A stretch of 63,931 nucleotides of DNA, filler included, from Octopus bimaculoides (Eukaryota): assembly GCF_001194135.2 (NCBI RefSeq). It is 7 parts of 6 records of this genome, joined end to end, with 100 filler letters (N's around TTAATTAATTAA, not from the genome) between each part and the next. Parts side by side here need not be neighbours in the genome. Positions count along the whole stretch, not along the records: positions 39,063 to 48,304 come from NC_068983.1; positions 48,405 to 58,073 come from NC_068981.1; 5 more parts are not named here. One strand, given 5' to 3'. The position numbers were made by a program, and so were the translations under genes. The stretch's first letter is position 1. Every line of letters begins with the position of its first letter. This document shows, piece after piece, positions 39,727 to 53,740 of this stretch. The notes under the pieces are model-generated. The model ran no database searches. It worked only from the letters and a program-made list of their open reading frames with translations, and had not been told where the DNA came from.

Positions 39727-40299
39727 AGTACTGCATGTCATTACTAAGTATCATCAATGGTTAACTCACGTGATGCTTGCTAACTTAGGTCACCCTTTTA
39801 AAATTAACATGATANNNNNNNNNNNNNNNNNNNNNNNNNNNNNNNNNNNNNNNNNNNNNNNNNNNNNNNNNNNNNNNNNNNNNNNNNNNNNNNNNNNNNN
39901 NNNNNNNNNNNNNNNNNNNNNNNNNNNNNNNNNNNNNNNNNNNNNNNNNNNNNNNNNNNNNNNNNNNNNNNNNNNNNNNNNNNNNNNNNNNNNNNNNNNN
40001 NNNNNNNNNNNNNNNNNNNNNNNNNNNNNNNNNNNNNNNNNNNNNNNNNNNNNNNNNNNNNNNNNNNNNNNNNNNNNNNNNNNNNNNNNNNNNNNNNNNN
40101 NNNNNNNNNNNNNNNNNNNNNNNNNNNNNNNNNNNNNNNNNNNNNNNNNNNNNNNNNNNNNNNNNNNNNNNNNNNNNNNNNNNNNNNNNNNNNNNNNNNN
40201 NNNNNNNNNNNNNNNNNNNNTATTGTGAATAGTATTTCACTGACATAGTATATCCTTACGAAGCTTAGACAGATTTCTTCAGCTAGCCGGTCATGCTAC

Positions 40300-40342
40300 T
40301 TCAGGCTGATGACGAGCAAAGACTCAGAAACATGTCTCAGAA
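40300..40342 (+). ncRNA. Degenerate minimal type I hammerhead ribozyme (PLE/retrozyme type)
   Basis: ttcagg-CTGATGA-c-GAG caaaga CTC-a-GAAA-C AT GTC-tcagaa: core motifs, stem II, palindromic ACATGT stem III, GUC triplet, stem I with 5 of 6 pairs. Confidence 0.4.
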
Positions 40343-40922
40343 TGCAGGCTGGGCTGGCTGGAGGAGTTTGTCTCCCCTTCGTGAGGATAAAGGCACAGAA
40401 AGTGTGTCAAGGCCTAATAGGAAGCGGTCTGGCTTCCTAGGGCTAAACAGGAGTAGTATATTCCCTTATTGGGACTGTCACGTTAAGTTGGCAGTATACA
40501 ACTACTTTATTATGTATATGAAGTTTTCTGTAAAGGCACATCTAACTGCCTTGAGATCGAATTCCGTTGACGGAGGTAATGTAGAAGACCGTTGTGTATA
40601 TGAGTATATTCTATACATATATTTACGTATATTAATTCAGAAACACATACACACGTAAATGTGTATGTATATATATGTTTCACCGTCATGACAAACGGAA
40701 TTGATTCTTTCGCGTTCCGGTATCTTAGTGGTTGAACAATAAAAACCGATTGAACCAACTACCAGTCTTTCAAATAAACAAGTACTATAGTCGATATGAC
40801 AGTAAAGCCTTCAAGGTGGTGATTCAGTATGACCACATTGAAATGACTGGATCAAGTAAAATTATTTTAAATATACATATACATCAGGCAGTCATGAGGT
40901 ATCGACTTGAATAATGTAGATA

Positions 40923-41028
<106 letters not shown>

Positions 41029-41310
41029 TGTCTTTATGTATGTGTACATTTATGATATAAATCAATAGCACAGAAGAATTTTTGAGTTGTTATGCACTAG
41101 CAAGGTTTAAATATGTAGTGTTGAGAAGGGTTTGAAAATATGGATATAATATATATATGTATATATGTGTGTATGTGTGTGTGTGTGCATGCATGTATAT
41201 TTTTATGTATATGTGTATATATGCATGTATATATGTATGTATATGTATATATATGTACATATATATATATGTATGTATATATGTATATATGTATATATAT
41301 ATGCATATAT

Positions 41311-41403
<93 letters not shown>

Positions 41404-41975
41404 NNNNNNNNNNNNNNNNNNNNNNNNNNNNNNNNNNNNNNNNNNNNNNNNNNNNNNNNNNNNNNNNNNNNNNNNNNNNNNNNNNNNNNNNNNNNNNNNN
41501 NNNNNNNNNNNNNNNNNNNNNNNNNNNNNNNNNNNNNNNNNNNNNNNNNNNNNNNNNNNNNNNNNNNNNNNNNNNNNNNNNNNNNNNNNNNNNNNNNNNN
41601 NNNNNNNNNNNNNNNNNNNNNNNNNNNNNNNNNNNNNNNNNNNNNNNNNNNNNNNNNNNNNNNNNNNNNNNNNNNNNNNNNNNNNNNNNNNNNNNNNNNN
41701 NNNNNNNNNNNNNNNNNNNNNNNNNNNNNNNNNNNNNNNNNNNNNNNNNNNNNNNNNNNNNNNNNNNNNNNNNNNNNNNNNNNNNNNNNNNNNNNNNNNN
41801 NNNNNNNNNNNNNNNNNNNNNNNNNNNNNNNNNNNNNNNNNNNNNNNNNNNNNNNNNNNNNNNNNNNNNNNNNNNNNNNNNNNNNNNNNNNNNNNNNNNN
41901 NNNNNNNNNNNNNNNNNNNNNNNNNNNNNNNNNNNNNNNNNNNNNNNNNNNNNTATATATATATATATATGTATA

Positions 41976-42009
<34 letters not shown>

Positions 42010-44966
42010 TGTGTGCGCTTGTGCGTGTATATATATGCATTTATACGAGTGTTTGTAGCATTTAATTTGTTGGGGTATGCGTGAATGTTACTATTTGCAT
42101 ATAACGGGACTCTCCAGCGTGGAAGAGAAAGTATGCGCATTGGAAGTAAGTGTCGAAATTAATCGGGGAAGTTGTTGGCAATAAGGGCGGATATACTACA
42201 CTGTCCTTCTGCACATCATGCTGATGTCATTGTTAAAATCCCGGCGTCGGTATGTGTCGGTTAGGTTAGAAAAATTGATGACGTTTAGGTCTCATATTAT
42301 GCAAAAAATGAACGATATTGCTCATCATTCGACTGATCCGAAATATGGTTAAGGATGGTTCAAATACTGGCGCTAGTTTCACTGGATAGACGAACGAAAT
42401 AGTGCATCATGTGAATTGTACGAAATGAGATGGCCTAACTTCTTGCTGTTTCTTGATATGGCAAAAAAATGTTGTTGGAACTCTTAAGGACGTAGGTGTT
42501 CTAGCTGACATCTCTAGGAAAGTACTGATGGAAAGTAGTCCCGTCCCGGTAACAGCTTGTCTGAATACAGATTCTACTACTAAGGAAACCAAACAGTATA
42601 TCTGTTGATTTATGTCTCATGTACGCTGCAAACTAGAATGTAACGTTAATATTTTCAGTGCATATACAAATTAAGTCCAATCAGTAATTGCTTCAACGTA
42701 AAAAAATTTCCAGTAATGATATGAGGAGAGTTAATTCGTTTAAAAACGTCTCCGAGAGCCCTAACATACCTTGAAAGGAATTTAATAAACATTCTGAGAA
42801 AACAGGGAAATTCATTTGATTTTTTAATGTAAGTTTGTGTGACAGATGTAATATATAACTAAATCAGCATAAACTTGTTCCGCAAGAAGTGCATGTGATT
42901 CTTTTCTCGCAGAATACGCGATGTGATTAACCTCTCTTTCCATTTTACCATATTGAATTTACTAATCTAGCAATACTAAAATGAATGTCCAAAATATTAA
43001 ACCTTTTGCAGTTCGAGCATAATGTTTTCACTAACTCTGAGATTAAGTACCTGGTTGTACTGCAAAATACAGGGTCTTTGTTTTCGGTTGAATAATATTT
43101 CAATAAAATTGAAAGAGAATTGTTAATGAGACTTAGACTGCTTCAGCCGGGAAGAAAAGTACAACAATCAATTTAGACGAAATAGCTAAGCCAAGAACCC
43201 ACACTACATTGCAAGCATCTTTTATTGAGCTACCATCACTACATTGTATGTACTAAGATATTTTGTAACTATTCAGTGAACTTAGCTATGACGTAATATA
43301 AAATATTTATTTCGTAAAAAGAGATTTATTACATAAAACCACTTATTCAGTTGTAATCAAATTTCTGGTAAGAACCCAAGACTGCATCACGTTAGTAACA
43401 AAAAAAATTGTTGAAATTTATTGTAAAAACTTAGCGTCTTTCAAGTAGAGTTAAATTATTTGCTTATAAAGCATTTGTCCAATGAATACGCATTGTTTAT
43501 TTTGCTGTACTCTTTTATGAACAAATACACCCCAGGTTATACAAGATACCCAAAAACGGTAAAAATTGCAATAAAAACTTTTAGATGATTAAGGTCAGCT
43601 AAGGATGTGTTTTATACTAAATTTGTTATTCAGCAAGATTAAATATGTTTCCTCCACGCAATATATTTGATTACTAACTGTAAATATTCACCATGTTCAT
43701 CAAATCGAATAAAATATCTAAAACAATTGCGTCAGATAACATTTATGTTTTATAAATCAATTATCATCTTGAATTGGATGACAAATAAATTTCATTACGA
43801 TTATTCGGGAAATAATTATATTATATTCCACCTATCTTGAAAACTATAAATTATTCCTTTGATTTAAAATATATATGTATCGCTTCGTTTTTCTTTCTCC
43901 TTACTAAATATAATCATACCTATGAATTATAAATTTATGTTCATCTCCATATGTAATGTTTTTACTATGTTCTACACATTAAGTATACAGAATCAAGATA
44001 CTCAAAGTACCATGATAATTCGTTTAATGTATGTAATTTCATCCTTCTATGTTGTAAGTTCCAATTGCATTAGGTTTTTCTTTGACTTTCATCTCTGCAT
44101 TGTTTATAAAATATGTATCAGTTGTTTACGTGTAACTCCACTTCACTACTGATCAGGCAATTCTATTGAAAGTAAGTACGATTATTTACGAACTACAGAT
44201 GATATGATCCAGATATACCGTGCCTACTGAGAGTATGTGAAGGGTTATTGCTGCTCAATGGCGAGTAAAGAAAGATGAAGGTTTTGTTAGCCTTGTTGTA
44301 ATGCAGTGAATGAGGAGAGAAATGCAGCAGAGATGAAATGTAGGAGTGAAGAGGGGTGGGGAGGAATAGTCAGAAAGAAGCAGTATGAGATCTGAATACG
44401 AAGGCGTCAATGGCGGGAAATGAATGAGATGTAATAAACAGGAAAGAATTAAGAAAAAAAAAACAGAATGATGGTCACAGAAATGTAAAGGAGGGAATGC
44501 TACGTAGGTGTGATAGTGGTATGGACAATACAATGAAGAGAGTATTCAATATACATTACAGCTGTACAGGTATTCGCCTTCTTACAGACACAATAATATA
44601 TGTGTGATGGGTATGGAAGCTTGTAAACGGAAGCACATACACAGCTGTATGTGCACACATATAAACAAATGTACAGGCTTTGGCTTTACGTTGTTTATGC
44701 ATGAGCGGGAGCGGGATGTCGTAACCTGTAAATAATATTTCGAACGTATGTCTGCGCGTATATTAGGCTGGGCATGTGAGTATTTTGCTTTATGTAGAGT
44801 CGAGTATATATGTTTAAGATTGTCTATTTGAGGTGGGTGTCTATAGGGTGTTGTACGTACGTTTGATGCAGACTCACAAGCCACATACTCTACTATTTTG
44901 CTCCATCAGCTCTTTTCCTCTCGTCATATGCAGCTTACAGCCAGACCAGCAACCTTTTTAGTATAA

Positions 44967-45026
<60 letters not shown>

Positions 45027-45089
45027 ATACATACACATGTGTGTATGTGAGTGAGTATGCTTGTATGTGTATCTATCTATTTATATATT

Positions 45090-45953
45090 CAGAGTGCGGG
45101 GAATAAATTGTCGTCTAAATTACGCAAAAATAACAATAACAGACATCTCATTTTAACAGATATATTTACCAAAATTACATTAAAATATCTTGAAATACTA
45201 AAGAGTAAATTTATTCAATAAAATCACCACTGGCTTCAACCACAGCCTCCAGACGACTTCGGAATCTCCTGCAACTCTTCAGGACGGTTTTCTTGTTTGA
45301 GTTGGTGAATGCTGCCATAATTCTTGCCTTCAGTTCATCTTTGGCGTTACAAAATCTTTGGTCTCTCGCTCAACTGTGCCCCACACATATTAATCAAGGA
45401 GGCTGCTGTCTGGAGAGTTAGGTGGCCAGGTGTTAGGGCTGATGTGGTCGCAGAAATTGTCTGGCAGCCATGACTGAGTTCTCTTGCCTGTGCGGCATGG
45501 TGCAGAGTCTTTTTGCTAGATATAGGTTCTTCCAGCAGCGACCCTCTTGACCCAGGGCAGCATTACCTCCACCAGTGTTGAGTGTGAAGCCGTGTGGGAA
45601 GATCAATGGAGGCATAACGTCGCCATCACAAGTGATGGCTCTAAACACCATGACGTTGACTAAATATTTGATTTTTATCAATCTCGGTACATATCCTCAG
45701 ATTGCATTGTCCTCAGATTGACACCCAAACACTGATATATTCATATTGGAGCTTCCGGAGTGAATGCTAAGCAGTACACCATGTCGTTTCCAAATTTCTG
45801 GCAGAGTGAATTGCGTCATAGTGCTGTTTTTTTTTCACAGACGGTGCCCAACTGACCCCACTATACTGTGTCGTCGACAAAATCAAACACAAACAATATG
45901 CATGCGCGTAATCAAATGTATAAAGTGGCGACAATTTACCTATCGCAACCTCT
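45090..45953 (-). mobile_element. Internally deleted maT (DD37D-type) Tc1/mariner transposon with both TIRs
   Basis: Imperfect TIRs cagagtgcggggaataaattgtcg (45090) and gcgacaatttacctatcgcaacctct (45928-45953). Fragments RHGVLLSIHSGSSN, VMVFRAITCDGDVMPPLIFPHG, WPPNSPDS-like, KDELKARIMAAFTN. Confidence 0.85.
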
Positions 45954-45979
45954 ATGAGTGTGTGTGTGTGTGTGTTTGT

Positions 45980-46016
<37 letters not shown>

Positions 46017-46134
46017 TGAGTATATTTATATGTATTCAAGTGTGTGTGTGTGTGTGTGTGCGTGCGTGTGTGTGTGTGTGTGCGCGTGTGTATGTGTGTG
46101 CGAGTACATTTATATGTATTCATGTGTTTGTGTG

Positions 46135-46360
46135 TGAGCGTGCGCATGGCTTAGTGGTTATGTTTTTCCTCCCGTGGTCATAAGATAGTAATGTCTATTC
46201 CTGGACCGGACTATGTTGGGCAAAACACTTCCTTTCACGTACCTCCAGTAAACTCAAGTTGCAAAAATGAGTAAACCTGCGGCAGACCGGCGTCCCATCC
46301 AGGGAGAAGATATAAGCACCACAGAATCCAAGAAAACGACCTTATCAGCCTCTGATCGGT
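46135..46360 (+). mobile_element. tRNA-headed SINE with V/Meta-domain-like body
   Basis: A-box tggcttagtgg, gggcaaaacactt, and cctgcggcagaccggcgtcccatccaggg resembling the V/Meta SINE central domain. Confidence 0.55.
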
Positions 46361-46451
46361 GAAAGACATTTGACCTGTTTATGCATGTTACATATATATG
46401 TATGTGTGTATGATTGTATGTGTGTATGTATGTGTATGTGTTTGCATGAGC

Positions 46452-46488
<37 letters not shown>

Positions 46489-46525
46489 TCTGTGTGTGTG
46501 TGTGTTGTGTGTGTGTATGTGTGTA

Positions 46526-46557
<32 letters not shown>

Positions 46558-47616
46558 CGTGAAATTACGATAAACACAAGTTATATCATTTGCATCATGT
46601 GAAGTTTGGAACTCTGTATTGGACGACAGCTGCAAGCTGACTGAAACATTAGAGCAGCTTAATCATAGCATGCTATACGAACTATGTCTGACATTTTTTA
46701 AATGCCTTTACACTGAATTCATTCGAGATCAGCTTTGTCCTTAATTCGAACGTGGAGAATAAAATGAAATACTAGTCTCAAGTATTGGGATCAATGGTAT
46801 TGACTACTTCACTCTCCTCAAAAACGATGAACATTTGCCTAAAGCAGAAATTACTTTGCCGTTGACATTCTAACTTAAAATCCCGCTGAATTCAATTTTG
46901 CTTTTCATCAATCTTTGTGCAATAAAATAAAATGCCTGTCAAGCACTGCTGACGAATATAGCAATTAAACCTCAACTAAAAGATTGCTAACTTTATACCT
47001 AAATCAGGAACTATTCTTATTATCTATTCGAATATTTCATGCTAGTTCCTCCCTCATAACTTGCAAAGACTGTGTTGTTGAAATGAGCACTACACTACCA
47101 TTCAGGAATCTAGATATGTTTTCTCTTCAATAACACTTTTACTGTGTATTGTGGATCACGATTGTAGATTCTCATGTTATTTTAATGATTCTTCTATAGT
47201 ACAGTAATGGTACAAGTAGGAATGGATTCATAAAATCACTCAAGGCTGCCGGCTACATTAATGTGTGATCTTTAATTACATCTCTTTAACTTTTACGTTC
47301 AAATCGGTGTCGCCAACTTCAATTTTCATCTAGTCATAGCCAGACAAAATACGTGTGGGTACGCGCGTGCGTTTGTGCACGTGTATGTGTGTGTGTTTCT
47401 GTGTAAGTGCTTGTGTGCGCATGGCTGTGTGTGCGAGTGTGTGTGTGCGTGCGTGTGTGCCGGATAGACTGCAGTGAATGGTGATAGAAAGCGTTGGAGA
47501 AGAGCCTACATGAAATGTACCTTCTTCAAATTTCTAGTTTGTATGTATGTACAGTATATATCATATATACATGTGTGTATATATGTGCGTGTATATATAT
47601 GTATGTATATGTGTAT

Positions 47617-47672
<56 letters not shown>

Positions 47673-48404
47673 ATGTATATGTGTATATACATACATATAT
47701 ATATANNNNNNNNNNNNNNNNNNNNNNNNNNNNNNNNNNNNNNNNNNNNNNNNNNNNNNNNNNNNNNNNNNNNNNNNNNNNNNNNNNNNNNNNNNNNNNN
47801 NNNNNNNNNNNNNNNNNNNNNNNNNNNNNNNNNNNNNNNNNNNNNNNNNNNNNNNNNNNNNNNNNNNNNNNNNNNNNNNNNNNNNNNNNNNNNNNNNNNN
47901 NNNNNNNNNNNNNNNNNNNNNNNNNNNGACATATGTCTCGAAGAATTACAATTTATGCGATCCATAGGAATCGTCGATGTTAAAAATGTAAACTTCTCCT
48001 CAGGGAAATGTATGGGGATCATCTTAAACGTAAGACATTATGACCGAGTATGAGAACTATAGTTGGATAAGGTTATAACGTAATTCATTTGAAAAAACCG
48101 TTAGAGATGTGGACGTTACCAGATAGTACTTAGGACAAGAAAGGAAGGAAGAGAAGAAGAAAAAAAGAAAGAGAGAGGGAAAGAAAATTCAGAGTGTAGA
48201 TTTTGGAGTAGATGGGATGATATAAATACAATAAAAATTTTTTTTTGGAAAGGAATATTATGTAATAAAAAGGCATTATAAATGGGGTTAATACTGTGTT
48301 TCTANNNNNNNNNNNNNNNNNNNNNNNNNNNNNNNNNNNNNNNNNNNNTTAATTAATTAANNNNNNNNNNNNNNNNNNNNNNNNNNNNNNNNNNNNNNNN
48401 NNNN

Positions 48405-48436
<32 letters not shown>

Positions 48437-49169
48437 AGAATAAGGAAAGGGTGGGAGCGAAAAACAGAAAGGATGAAGAACAAGAGAGGGAGAGAGATAG
48501 TAGAAGAGTGCGCATAGTAATTATTAAGATAAAACTTACTAGGAAAAGGATGCATGACGTTCGATCATATAATAATATAAATATATAGATATATGCATAT
48601 ATCCATATATATATATATATGAACAGACCTATACATATATCAGTTCATTTTGCAAGATTCCTGATGTGAAATTGTGTGCTGAAAGAGATATTGTATTTCA
48701 GGATGGTCATTTTTTTTTTTGCCAAATAATCATACACACTATATATATTTTCTTCACCCATTTATTACTGTTCTTATTCTGTTATTTTAACGCATGTCCA
48801 TTGTCTGGAAAACTTTCATCACACATCTGTGACCTCTTCAGCGACACTTTCATGTGTGTTCTTGCTCCACTTACTCCATTCTATTCTTCTAAGATGTATA
48901 TCCTTATGTGCGCATGTGTGTGCATGCTTGTGAGTGTGTCATAGTTTTTAGCAACAGTGTGGCTGTCCTCTCACCCCATTGTGCTGTTGCTATCCTAAGA
49001 CCCGAAAAAAAATATGATACAGTTCCTGTGTATGTGTTTGCCCACGTTGTTACCATTGTGGTAGTTGTTGTTGTTGTTATTGCCATCATTGGCACCACTG
49101 CTGCTGCTGATGTTAGTTGTGTTGTTGACATTGTTATGACCATCCATTAAATTTCATCCTACTAATATA

Positions 49170-50200
49170 ACAAAAAAATTTGGTTAAAAACATGTCACTT
49201 AGAATCTCTAAATTATCTGCTAATATTAATGTTTTCAATAATGATGCTGATTTCTATAAGCCGTCCTTATATAAGGCAGGATATAAGGAGCAAATTAAGT
49301 ATTATAACCCTCTTGATCCTGATTTAACCTCTAATAATCTGGTTGATAGTAGTTATACTAATAAGAACAATAATAATAATAATATTCATAATGAATGTTT
49401 CTCCTGTAGATAATAAAACAGATAATAACCCCTTATATCAAAATAGCCAAAGACCTAATTTTGGAAAATTTAAGAATAAAGTATAAGAGAGGTAACTATA
49501 CTTCCCCACTCTTTCTGTGAAAATAGAAAAAACTTCAGGTTTTTTTAATGAGAAATCTCCCTATAAATTGCATGACCCTGGTAAAACTATTTGGTTTATT
49601 ATTCCATATGGAAAACAAGTTAAAAGTAACATTCCTTACCTATTTCTTCAAACCATCAAAAGGAACTTCCCACAAAATTCCAGGTACCACTCCATTCTTA
49701 ACACACATCGTATCCGAATTGATTTCTCTAACACCAATAACCTCCTACAAATTATATCCTTGCATAACAACTATATTCTTAACAGTACAAGGGTTTCACT
49801 TAATAACTGTAATAACAACAATAATAATAATAATGCTAATTTCTCCTTAAATAATAGTATCAATAATAATAGTCCTTGTAATTGTGATCCAAACAAAATT
49901 TGCAGAATTAAAAGTGTTGTTTATCAATGTAAAATTTCTGCAGAATCTAAAGAATATTTTTATATTGGCATTTCATCCACAGAATTAAAAAAAAACAAGT
50001 TGCTAACCATCTTTCTACATTTAAATATATTCATAAACGTAATACTACAGGTCTTAGTAAACTAATTTGGCATCTCAAAGACTGTAATAAATAATTTTCT
50101 TTGGATTGGAAAATTTTGTCAAGTTTGTTTCCCTATGATAAAGGGAAATCTTTCTGCTCTCTTTGTATGGATGAACAAATATTTTTCCTTTTTTCCAAGC
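49170..50200 (+). mobile_element. Penelope-like element 3' half (RT thumb, Asn-rich linker, GIY-YIG)
   Basis: LRISKLSANINVFN..YKAGYKEQIKY, IWFIIPYGKQVKSNI..FP, CNC..CRIKSVVYQCKI..FYIGISST, WKIL..FCSLCMDE. Confidence 0.85.
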
Positions 50201-50798
50201 ATACACTGGTCAACACCTATAAAGAACATGTTTACACTGGTCAACACCTATAAAGAACGTGTTTACATACTTTCAGCTTTTTCAAATAATATCTCTTTCA
50301 GCTATTTCAAATATCTGCCCCCTTACCTAATAATATCTGCAACTTAAACTTTATTCTTTCTTTCATCTTTTTTATCCATCTGTCATTCACTTTCTATTTG
50401 TTTATATTTCCATTACCCCTTTAATTCTCTTTCTCTCTTCCTTCTCTCATTCTCTCGTCATATGATGTCAAATTTCTTAACGGTATTTTAAAATTATTAG
50501 CGTTCCCTATCCACCTTCGTTTTCCATGTGTATATATATTATACATTGTAGTTTCTTACATCTGTAAAAATGACATTGATGAGCGCTGTTGTTTATATCC
50601 TCCCTGATGAGATTGATGCATTTTTCTACATTATTCTTCCTCTCGGATTTATTTTAATGCATCTACCAAAATATATGTCAGTGATATATGGTGATATAAA
50701 TGATTTAAATAACATCTTGAGTGTTTGTCTCCATTTTCAATTATTCTTCTATACACACACACATGTATATATACATATATATACACACATATACATAC

Positions 50799-50835
<37 letters not shown>

Positions 50836-50870
50836 TATATGTATATATAAAAATATATATAAAGGAGGCC

Positions 50871-50935
50871 ACTAGGTGGACTGCTAATGTGCTAGAAGAA
50901 GATCACATGTCTAGCACATTAGCAGTCCACCTAGT
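50871..50935. repeat. Perfect 26-bp-arm hairpin at a contig end
   Basis: actaggtggactgctaatgtgctaga / 13-nt loop / tctagcacattagcagtccacctagt, immediately followed by N. Confidence 0.9.
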
Positions 50936-51354
50936 NNNNNNNNNNNNNNNNNNNNNNNNNNNNNNNNNNNNNNNNNNNNNNNNNNNNNNNNNNNNNNNNN
51001 NNNNNNNNNNNNNNNNNNNNNNNNNNNNNNNNNNNNNNNNNNNNNNNNNNNNNNNNNNNNNNNNNNNNNNNNNNNNNNNNNNNNNNNNNNNNNNNNNNNN
51101 NNNNNNNNNNNNNNNNNNNNNNNNNNNNNNNNNNNNNNNNNNNNNNNNNNNNNNNNNNNNNNNNNNNNNNNNNNNNNNNNNNNNNNNNNNNNNNNNNNNN
51201 NNNNNNNNNNNNNNNNNNNNNNNNNNNNNNNNNNNNNNNNNNNNNNNNNNNNNNNNNNNNNNNNNNNNNNNNNNNNNNNNNNNNNNNNNNNNNNNNNNNN
51301 NNNNNNNNNNNNNNNNNNNNNNTATATATACATACATACATATATATGCATATA

Positions 51355-51610
51355 TCACCATCATCATCATTGTTTAACGTCCGTTTTCCATGCTGGCATG
51401 GGTTTGACGGTTTGACTGGGGACTGGCAAGCCAGGGGCCTGCACCAGGCTCCAATCTGATCTGGCAATGTTTCTAGAGCTGGATGCCCTTCCTAACGCCA
51501 ACTACTCTGAGAATGTAGTGGGTGCTTTTTACGTGTCGCAGGTATGAGGAGCCAGTTAGGCGGCACTGGCATCAGCCACGTTCGGATGGTGCTTTTTATG
51601 TGCTACCGGC
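51355..51610 (-). mobile_element. RTE LINE 3' UTR fragment
   Basis: (ATC)n-tttaacgtcc..ttccatgctggcatgg..ctggatgcccttcctaa, same as the start of 37256-38075; a shorter copy is at 61100-61200. Confidence 0.8.
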
Positions 51611-52139
51611 ATACAAATATATACATATACATATATCTACACATACATATATATACACACATACACATACATACAGGCATATACATATATAAACATATAC
51701 AGGTGCAGTAGTGGCTGTGTGGTAAGAAGCTGTCTTCCCAACCACATGGCTTGTCGGGTCTTCTCAAGCACAGCATATCTCCAAAGGTCTTGGTCACTAG
51801 TCATTACCTCGGTAAGGCCCACTGTTTGAAGGTCGGGCTTCACACACACACACATATATGTAAATCACCCATTGTTGACTTTCTGCATGCATTTTATATC
51901 AATGTGCTGTGTAGTCTTGTGTACAGTGTTGCATGATTATTTTATTTTCACTGACCAATATAAATACCTTACTAGTGCGAAGGTGTAATAATAAATGACA
52001 ATCATATTAATGATAGAAAATACAGTAGTAAAGCATGAGAAAAAATATTTCAACTTTTTAAGTCTAGGGAGCTTTTCAGAAACTTTTTGATGTGCATGCA
52101 TGTATATAAAATTCGATATTAAATTCTATTCCTTAAAAG

Positions 52140-52835
52140 TACTAGGGGAAGTCAGAAAATATCTGCACCTTCATCAAAACCTTCTTTAGGTTGGCCACAC
52201 TGCCTTCAGCACTCGTATGTTGAAAGGCAGTAAGTACTCTTGTGGTTACGTAACTGAGATTTGATCCTGATTACTCCAGTTTTCTTTCTTGTGTTAGAGA
52301 GTAAACAGCACTGCTCTGCTGGCAGTGTGCACTAAGGAAGAATAGAGGTCACTGATCCGATTTCTCTGGTCTGAAGTTATGTTAGGGGCTGAAATTCAAT
52401 GCAAGCCTTCAGTACAATATGGGGACAGTACTCTACCATGTAGAAGCGTGTTTCAGTAGATTGAAAAGGTTAAACATGGCTGGACAAGAGTGAAGCTTGG
52501 AAAGGGAGCAAGAGGCCTATCAATCTCCACCATTGATGAGAGATAGTTCTGTGAAAATTAGTCAATGTTCTGCATATGAAATCATTCACAACAAACTTCG
52601 CTTCTGTAAAGCCTGTGTGAGGTGGGTTCCAAAAGAGCTTCCTGAGGTGCATAAGCACAATTGTGTGGAGATCTGTCAACACTTATTTAACCGCTACAAC
52701 AATGAAGGTGAAGCTTGTTTGGTGAGAATTGTGACAGAAGAGACATGGGTTCATCACTGGGTCAGACTTCAAATGACAGAGGATGGACTGGAAACATCTG
52801 GAATCACCAGTGAAAAATAAAATTTAAAGTACCAA
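52140..52835 (+). mobile_element. Mariner transposase 5' remnant
   Basis: TIR-like tactaggggaagtcagaaaatatctgcac; CTKEE*RSLIRFLWSE, AYEIIHNKLRFCKACVRWVPKEL, RIVTEETWVHH; truncated at a SINE. Confidence 0.85.
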
Positions 52836-52837
52836 CC

Positions 52838-53125
52838 AAGTACTGGGGTCAATGTAATTGACTTTCCCACTTCCTTCAAAATTATTGGCCTAGTGCCAAA
52901 ATTAGATTATTATAGTGAGCCAGCAAAATTGTTGCCATGCTGGACAAAGGGATTAGTGGCATTTCTTCTAGTTTTATGTTCAGAGTTCAAATTTCACCAA
53001 AGTTGACTTTGCATTTCATCCTTTTGTGGTTGATAAAATAAGTACCAGTCAAATACTGGGGTTGATATAATTGACTCAGCTATTCCCACCCTAAAATTTC
53101 AGGTTTTGTACCTATAGTAGAAAGA
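52838..53125 (+). mobile_element. SINE family B, tail fragment plus near full-length copy in tandem
   Basis: tactggggtcaatgtaattgact occurs twice; gagttcaaatttcacc..ctttgcatttcatcc..gataaaataagtaccag. Confidence 0.75.
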
Positions 53126-53626
53126 CTCACTATTATATGAATGCATGCATGTGCCCCCCACCCCCACCACCACCACACAAATATACACACAGGAACAAAG
53201 TGTGTGTGTAATAAAATAAACTGAAAGGTTCTTAATATGGATATCTAAAGTCTGATTTATTTGTAAATAAAATTTGAAAGAAAATGAATACATAAGATAC
53301 TAACGTCATGGTAATTATAATTCTTTCACTTCTTTCTGTTTGTTGTTTTAGCCTCAGTCAAAATTTTATAAATCATACTATCTAATACTAACTATGGTGC
53401 ACATGCATGTGTAACTAAATACGCAGGTTATTTGTTGTTCTGCTTTTAACATAATCTTACCTTTAAAGTTAAACATAACCAATCATCTTAGCTTCAAACT
53501 CTGCCTACTGCAAACATTTACATTCCTTATGCTCTCTGTCAGTGTAAAAGGTAAATCACAACTTGAAATTAGAAATAGTTTTCTCAGAATTTCTTGAGGA
53601 TTCATGGAAATACATATTATCTCAAG

Positions 53627-53634
53627 TATAAAAG
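53627..53634 (+). promoter_or_regulatory. Candidate TATA box of the sushi gene
   Basis: TATAAAAG, 114 nt upstream of the ATG at 53741; position fits a short 5' UTR. Confidence 0.5.
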
Positions 53635-53740
53635 GCTCTCTAAACAGCCACTGAAAATATAAGTAACTTGCAAGTATACTTTAAACACAACTATCTTCTA
53701 GTCTTTCTTTCACAAAGTTGCCACCATCAAAATTGAAAGA

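Noticed and set aside
42490-42549. Open frame DVGVLADISRKVLMESSPVP with weak splice sites
   Set aside because: Weak acceptor and donor, no homology, and the length is within chance expectation.
48904-49150. Thr/Ala- or Val-rich ORFs on both strands
   Set aside because: Derived from (GTT)n/(GCT)n low-complexity tracts.
53461-53507. Minus-strand exon-like segment upstream of the sushi gene (ttgcag / AAG|gtaaga)
   Set aside because: Stops in all frames and no partner exons; cannot be distinguished from chance splice motifs.
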